A stretch of 64,000 nt of DNA from a virus (Duplodnaviria > Caudoviricetes): IMG/VR virus record IMGVR_UViG_3300046167_000724; one strand, 5' to 3'. How positions within the stretch are numbered: the stretch's first letter is position 1; each line of letters opens with the position of its first letter. Positions 59,596 to 64,000 of the stretch are shown piece by piece. A program made the translations under genes and the position numbers. The notes below the pieces were generated by a model, which saw only the letters and a list, made by a program, of their open reading frames with translations, searched no databases and was not told the DNA's origin.

Positions 59596-59837
59596 TGAGA
59601 CTTTATGCAATAATATCTATTGAATACATCAATTTAATCAATTGGCTTGAGGTCATGGGTGAAAGAGATACTGTAAGAAAATCTTTAGATGGCACTAAGT
59701 TTTTAGTTTCATTCTTTAAAGAGTATCAAGCTGAATTAGAATCTTTAACTGACACTACATCTTACAATGGTATGGAAATTGAAAATATTATCAATACGCC
59801 AGAATGGACTATAGACGATGGTCTAGATGAAGAATAA
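59595..59837 (+). CDS. small conserved phage protein
   Basis: TVRKSLDGTK...EW motif, seen after fibre genes. Confidence 0.65.
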   Translation: MRLYAIISIEYINLINWLEVMGERDTVRKSLDGTKFLVSFFKEYQAELESLTDTTSYNGMEIENIINTPEWTIDDGLDEE

Positions 59838-59955
59838 AGGTTTACGTTAGTGAAATATACAACCATATACACGTATACGGTTGATTTTAAGGCACTTATT
59901 TAAAATAAATGATGGACTACACTATAATTAAAACATTTTTGGTGAGCAAAGAATT

Positions 59956-60135
59956 ATGAGGGACGCAATACCGGAGAAAGATTGGCTACATTGGGTAGAA
60001 ACGGGAGAGGCTTCCGAGCGTCTTTTAATGCAAGTTAGTTTAAAGATAAAAATGGGTCATGGATTAGGTGAACAAGAGGCATCTATATATGTTTTTCATG
60101 CCAGTGAAATTGAAGAAATACTTAAAAGAATTTAA
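59956..60135 (+). CDS. small hypothetical protein (59 aa)
   Basis: MRDAIPEKDWLHW...KRI*; below the ORF-track cutoff. Confidence 0.5.
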   Translation: MRDAIPEKDWLHWVETGEASERLLMQVSLKIKMGHGLGEQEASIYVFHASEIEEILKRI

Positions 60136-60147
60136 TATATAAATTAT

Positions 60148-60303
60148 ATGGCATTATTTGAATTCACAAACCCAGATGGTTCAACTTTTAAAAAGGACCT
60201 TACATTAGCAAAAGCAACTGCAATTGCTGATGAGAAAAACTTAAGATTTGTAATGCTACACGGTGGCACGTCAGGTCATGGAATACCAGGTGAAGACTTT
60301 TAA
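60148..60303 (+). CDS. small hypothetical protein (51 aa)
   Basis: MALFEFTNPDG...; its stop overlaps the next ATG. Confidence 0.5.
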   Translation: MALFEFTNPDGSTFKKDLTLAKATAIADEKNLRFVMLHGGTSGHGIPGEDF

Positions 60304-60866
60304 TGAAATGGATATTAATCATATTCATATTCTTAACTTCTTGTATTACTGTTAATCAAGAAGCACCCAATCAACCGGGGGTGTACAATTATTCTGGAAC
60401 CATTTATAAATTAGATTTGAACATAGCAACTGCAATTCAAAAGCAGTTTGCACCAAATGCTACTATTTATATTGAATACGACCAACCTCTTGAGTATGGT
60501 ATAGTAGGTCTTGCTAATCAATTAGATGAGCACACGTATCTTATTCAACTCTCAAGGCAAAATCCACAACCACTTTATACATTATTACACGAGTTTGGTC
60601 ATATTATTGATGCCGAAAGGGGCGCACTTGGATTTAAAGAGCCATATACGTGGAATGGTAAAGTGTGTAATTTCAAACAGCCTTGGGATGAAAGACCATG
60701 GGAACAATCAGCAAACGTTTGGAGAGACAGTTTATTTAATGTATATGAAAATGGGCAATTAGAACATTACGATTATACAACCGAAAGGTTTCTAAAAGCC
60801 CTAAAATTCTTGAATTTTAAAACAATGCCTTTAAATAGCGTATTTAAAGATTCAATCTGCCAATAA
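60303..60866 (+). CDS. lipoprotein with zincin-like HExxH motif
   Basis: FLTSC lipobox; LLHEFGH; downstream PWE..A. Confidence 0.7.
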   Translation: MKWILIIFIFLTSCITVNQEAPNQPGVYNYSGTIYKLDLNIATAIQKQFAPNATIYIEYDQPLEYGIVGLANQLDEHTYLIQLSRQNPQPLYTLLHEFGHIIDAERGALGFKEPYTWNGKVCNFKQPWDERPWEQSANVWRDSLFNVYENGQLEHYDYTTERFLKALKFLNFKTMPLNSVFKDSICQ

Positions 60867-60868
60867 GT

Positions 60869-61192
60869 TTATGTAACTGGCTGGTTTGCAATAAGATGTA
60901 AGACCGTAGTCTCAAAATCTATCGATGACGTTTTTCCACCAATTGACCAAATATTAAGCTCTTCAACTGTATAACGCTCATCGTATGTTTTCCAATCATA
61001 GATTGTAAATGTTTCACCTTCAAAATCAAATACCCATTCTTTTTGAACCTTATCATCACCCGATGCTTCATCAAATACTGGCTTACCAAAAGTATTCTTA
61101 AGGTCCCAATAAGAAATTCCTGTCAATGAACCTACCTTGTAAGTTCCATGTATAAGGTCTAGTGCCTCTTCTGTATTTTTAATTACTTGCAT
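60869..61192 (-). CDS. conserved phage early protein
   Basis: GSL.G...FG.P...DKVQ.EW...TIYDWK...W.IGG. Confidence 0.7.
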   Translation of the reverse strand: MQVIKNTEEALDLIHGTYKVGSLTGISYWDLKNTFGKPVFDEASGDDKVQKEWVFDFEGETFTIYDWKTYDERYTVEELNIWSIGGKTSSIDFETTVLHLIANQPVT

Positions 61193-61203
61193 AATAAATT
61201 ATA

Positions 61204-61434
61204 TTATTTGTTTATCCATAAGTTATAAATATAGTCATAGCCAACTTCTAAAGAAGAAGCTAATTCAGTGAAACAACGTTCACGGACAATGCTGTCATCA
61301 ACACCAATGTATTTGTAGACATCATTACCTAAGTAAAGTTCATTCAAGAGACCTGCAAAGTGTGCGTTCTCGTTGATTTCTGGACCCAACTCGTCGGTTG
61401 GATACACATCACAATAAAAAGTTTGTAAATTCAT
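61204..61434 (-). CDS. conserved phage early protein
   Basis: YPTDELG...IGV.DS.VRER.F. Confidence 0.7.
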   Translation of the reverse strand: MNLQTFYCDVYPTDELGPEINENAHFAGLLNELYLGNDVYKYIGVDDSIVRERCFTELASSLEVGYDYIYNLWINK

Positions 61435-61458
61435 AATGTTTGTTTTAAGGGTTTCCCC

Positions 61459-61504
61459 GATTGATTACATAGTAAATATAGGCAAAATATACGACATAAA
61501 AAAA
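61459..61504 (-). promoter_or_regulatory. class I (early-type) promoter
   Basis: Reverse complement TTTTTTTATGTCGTATATTTTGCCTATATTTACTATGTAATCAATC. Confidence 0.8.
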
Positions 61505-61530
61505 TAAATGTGCAACTTTTTTGTAAAAAA

Positions 61531-61548
61531 AGAGCCCCGAAGGGCTCT
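61531..61548 (-). terminator. intrinsic terminator
   Basis: AGAGCCC/GGGCTCT hairpin followed by a T run on the minus strand. Confidence 0.75.
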
Positions 61549-61557
61549 TAAGTTACT

Positions 61558-62031
61558 TTACTTTGATAGTAACTCTACTATCTCCGTTAGACCTTGTTGT
61601 TCTGCAACGTACTTGATAGCCTTTAGTAGGTTAGCCAAGCGTAGGTCTTTATCACCACCTCTTTGAGTCACCCTGAAGTTGATACCTTCATAGTTTTTAC
61701 TCTCACTGATTCTTACGTGTTTGTAGTTACCACCGTGAAGTTCTTGCATCTTAACTGCAATTGCTTTCATAGTTTTGCGACTCCATAGCCTATCTACTAG
61801 CGTTTCAGCATATAGGTTATCGTGTTTAGTGTTTTTAGGGAGGTGAAGCTCCACTATTACACAGTCAGGCTTTACAGCCACACCGAGGTTAAGTGATACG
61901 TGAGGCTTTCTCACGCTAGTGGATAGGGCACACGCATGGTACTGACCTTTCCAGTTGATAGTGATACCCAAGTCACTTAGGTAAGCTGCACGCTCTGTGA
62001 GCTCAGGGTAGTTGTTCAAAACAGGTGCCAT
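61558..62031 (-). CDS. hypothetical early protein
   Basis: 157-aa ORF behind a class I promoter. Confidence 0.65.
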   Translation of the reverse strand: MAPVLNNYPELTERAAYLSDLGITINWKGQYHACALSTSVRKPHVSLNLGVAVKPDCVIVELHLPKNTKHDNLYAETLVDRLWSRKTMKAIAVKMQELHGGNYKHVRISESKNYEGINFRVTQRGGDKDLRLANLLKAIKYVAEQQGLTEIVELLSK

Positions 62032-62096
62032 AGGCTTTCTTGTTTTTAGTTCCCCGGATTCGAGAAGATTGAGGTTCGCCGGGTCTTCCCCTCAAT

Positions 62097-62138
62097 CATT
62101 ACATAGTAAATATAGCAAAAAGATTTGACATAAAAAAA
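62097..62138 (-). promoter_or_regulatory. class I (early-type) promoter
   Basis: Reverse complement TTTTTTTATGTCAAATCTTTTTGCTATATTTACTATGTAATG. Confidence 0.8.
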
Positions 62139-62163
62139 TAAATGTCAAACTTTTTTAAAATAA

Positions 62164-62748
62164 TTAAGCCATCATTGCAATGGCTTTTTCACAATTCTTT
62201 TGAGTAGCCCCGAAACTCATTGCATGTCGCACTGCAGTTTCTAAGTCAACTTGACCAAAGACATAAGGACAATCTTCAGAAGTCATTTGACTCAACATGC
62301 GGTAAACATCTGGAAGAGTTGCATGCTTAGGACGGTCATTCACAAACAAGTACTTAACACCCATATCAATGTCATAAGTACCATTGTCACTACGGCGACC
62401 TTCTTTGATTTCATACATGTCAATCATACCATTGAAAGAGCCGTAAACGAACTGCTCACCAAAGCGATTAACATCTTGAATCATTTCTTTAGGCATTGGG
62501 TTACCTTTTTCGTCAGTTAAGTAAACATTCACAGAGTTACCCATTGAATAGCTATCAGAGCTAGTATAAACGGTAGCTTGTGGATAAGTCTTCTTAACAT
62601 ACTGCTTAATAATGTTAGCAGCGGCTGTTTGATTGATACGAAGAACAGGTTTTTCAAGTAGACCACCATTCCAGTTAGTGGTTTGAAGGTGTTTGTCTGA
62701 TACTTGGAAGGTAATGCCTTCGAGTTGGAAATTGATTTTTTTTGTCAT
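62164..62748 (-). CDS. LPD29-like (large polyvalent protein-associated) domain protein
   Basis: A..IIK...K..YP.....SD.YSMG.SVNV...GSFNGM.D.YE pattern. Confidence 0.6.
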   Translation of the reverse strand: MTKKINFQLEGITFQVSDKHLQTTNWNGGLLEKPVLRINQTAAANIIKQYVKKTYPQATVYTSSDSYSMGNSVNVYLTDEKGNPMPKEMIQDVNRFGEQFVYGSFNGMIDMYEIKEGRRSDNGTYDIDMGVKYLFVNDRPKHATLPDVYRMLSQMTSEDCPYVFGQVDLETAVRHAMSFGATQKNCEKAIAMMA

Positions 62749-62780
62749 AAAGCGTTTTTGTTTTAATGGGATAGACTCCC

Positions 62781-62826
62781 GATTGATTACATAGTAAATA
62801 TAGGCAAAATAAACGACATAAAAAAA
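62781..62826 (-). promoter_or_regulatory. class I (early-type) promoter
   Basis: Reverse complement TTTTTTTATGTCGTTTATTTTGCCTATATTTACTATGTAATCAATC. Confidence 0.8.
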
Positions 62827-62843
62827 CTTTTAGTCAATTATTT

Positions 62844-63179
62844 TCAAACTAATTCAGTTTCTTTAATGGATTTGATGTGTTTGCAATCACCTCTACGGAA
62901 TTGACGAGCTGGACAGCTACAATCCCATTTATCATTACGTAAGGTTACTTTATAAAAGGCACCTTTACTACCTTCAACTTCCCAAGAATTGTCTTTACTC
63001 TCTACTTTGGGTTGAACTTGTTTAGGCGTAGGTTTGAATTTAAACTCAATTTGACTACGTGTTGTACCATTAGGCACTTCGTACCAACCTGGACACACAA
63101 AAGTCTTTCCATTAGTTTGAACTAAACCCCAACCAACTCGAGGTTCTTGTATATTACACGTTATCAAAGACATAATCAC
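62844..63179 (-). CDS. SWIM zinc-finger protein
   Basis: Y.V....W.CSCP......CKHI. Confidence 0.8.
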   Translation of the reverse strand: MIMSLITCNIQEPRVGWGLVQTNGKTFVCPGWYEVPNGTTRSQIEFKFKPTPKQVQPKVESKDNSWEVEGSKGAFYKVTLRNDKWDCSCPARQFRRGDCKHIKSIKETELV

Positions 63180-63642
63180 TAAATTGATTGGTTAAGTCAT
63201 TAAAGGGTAAACCTTCTTCAAGTGTCATTTGACGCAATCTCTTTGAATAAAGACGATTACAGTTTTCATTTAAGTTTTCTTGCACAAGAGACATATCTAA
63301 GATGATACAATACTCAGGTTGCATAGTTTCGTTATAGTCCCATTTGATAAATACCGCTTTATTAGCTGATTTAGTCTTGAGACCGCCATAAACATAATTA
63401 CGTGCAGTTGTACGAGTATGCTTGACTTCATACGTTTCACCTGTTACGGTGTTGCGTACGTCAAAGCCTTCAGTATTACCACCTAAGCATTCGTGTTCAT
63501 CACCTGTAAAATCGGTCATAAATCGAGTAAAGGCCAACTCACTAATTGCAGCCCAAGGGTTTTGATTAGTTGTACCTGTTACTTCTAAAAGCTTTTGCTC
63601 CAACTCTTGCTGAAGCAAAGCAATTTCATGTAAGTCTTCCAT
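63154..63642 (-). CDS. putative PD-(D/E)xK endonuclease
   Basis: ISE...GFDV......YEVK motif. Confidence 0.6.
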   Translation of the reverse strand: MEDLHEIALLQQELEQKLLEVTGTTNQNPWAAISELAFTRFMTDFTGDEHECLGGNTEGFDVRNTVTGETYEVKHTRTTARNYVYGGLKTKSANKAVFIKWDYNETMQPEYCIILDMSLVQENLNENCNRLYSKRLRQMTLEEGLPFNDLTNQFSDYVFDNV

Positions 63643-63926
63643 TATCCTAAACGCTTATATGTCTTGATAATTTCAAACTCATCGAATTCATCAACAAAGT
63701 TAATAGTATAGCCCATATTCTTAAGTGCAGTAAGCACCTCAGAAGCATCGCAGTCCTCTTCAAAATAAAAGAGACCTAACTTAGCATTGTAAAAGCTGTA
63801 CTGAGATTGCAAGGCTTTACAAGTTGCTACTTCGTTTACTAGATTCTTGTGGATTTGCACATAACCGTGAGACGGTGTGTGGTAATAACCCAAGGTAACT
63901 TCTTTAGTGATTGTTTGATAGTTCAT
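63642..63926 (-). CDS. conserved phage early protein
   Basis: HG(Y/W)..I...YSFY...YFEEDCDA motif. Confidence 0.7.
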   Translation of the reverse strand: MNYQTITKEVTLGYYHTPSHGYVQIHKNLVNEVATCKALQSQYSFYNAKLGLFYFEEDCDASEVLTALKNMGYTINFVDEFDEFEIIKTYKRLG

Positions 63927-63938
63927 AATTCTTTATCA

Positions 63939-63982
63939 TTGATTACATAGTAAATATAGGCAAAATAAACGACATAAAAAAA
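63939..63982 (-). promoter_or_regulatory. class I (early-type) promoter
   Basis: Reverse complement TTTTTTTATGTCGTTTATTTTGCCTATATTTACTATGTAATCAA, identical core to 62781-62826. Confidence 0.8.
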
Positions 63983-64000
63983 TATATTCCATCTTTTTTT

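Noticed and set aside
61459-63982. Repeated ~45-bp sequence as a CRISPR array or att sites
   Set aside because: Copies are 600-1200 bp apart, each upstream of a gene, with no fixed-length spacers or cas genes; promoter is the simpler explanation.
1-64000. Alternative genetic code (stop-codon reassignment) or eukaryotic giant-virus origin
   Set aside because: Long conserved genes are open under code 11 with TAA, TAG and TGA all used as stops; operon coupling, bacterial promoters and T9SS/lipobox signals indicate a bacteriophage.

Overview
AT-rich, gene-dense segment of a large (probably jumbo, T4-like) phage genome. The host is inferred to be Bacteroidota/Flavobacteriales, from a T9SS-type C-terminal domain, TIGR03643, M42 peptidase, Hc1 histone-like protein, Bacteroidota-like tRNA-Gln and AT-rich leaders without Shine-Dalgarno sites. 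Layout: (1) 0.2-9 kb small accessory genes, tRNA-Gln, GT11 and phosphatases. (2) 10-19.8 kb and 27.6-35.9 kb, a large glycan-synthesis system: heptose kinase and adenylyltransferase, GT2/GT9/GT25/GT4-like enzymes, an Aah/TibC-like protein O-heptosyltransferase, carbamoyltransferase, UDP-galactopyranose mutase, methyltransferases, an epimerase and GlmS. (3) 20-27 kb host-envelope and nucleoid genes plus an exonuclease. (4) 37-47.7 kb, about nine unrelated proteins sharing an N-terminal K-x-F-E-x-F-x-N-E tag resembling the T4 capsid-targeting sequence. (5) 48.7-59.6 kb putative virion fibre genes, including a 2680-aa Gly-X-Y (G-T-S/G-T-D/G-S-S) repeat protein. (6) 60.9-64 kb minus-strand early genes, each behind a conserved promoter. 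Also seen: three recurring promoter classes and three unannotated structured RNA-like elements. About 12 single-base indels between 12.7 and 30.1 kb split genes and are treated as probable sequencing errors. No CRISPR array, rRNA, reverse transcriptase or transposase was recognised. All family assignments come from motif recognition by eye, not database searches.
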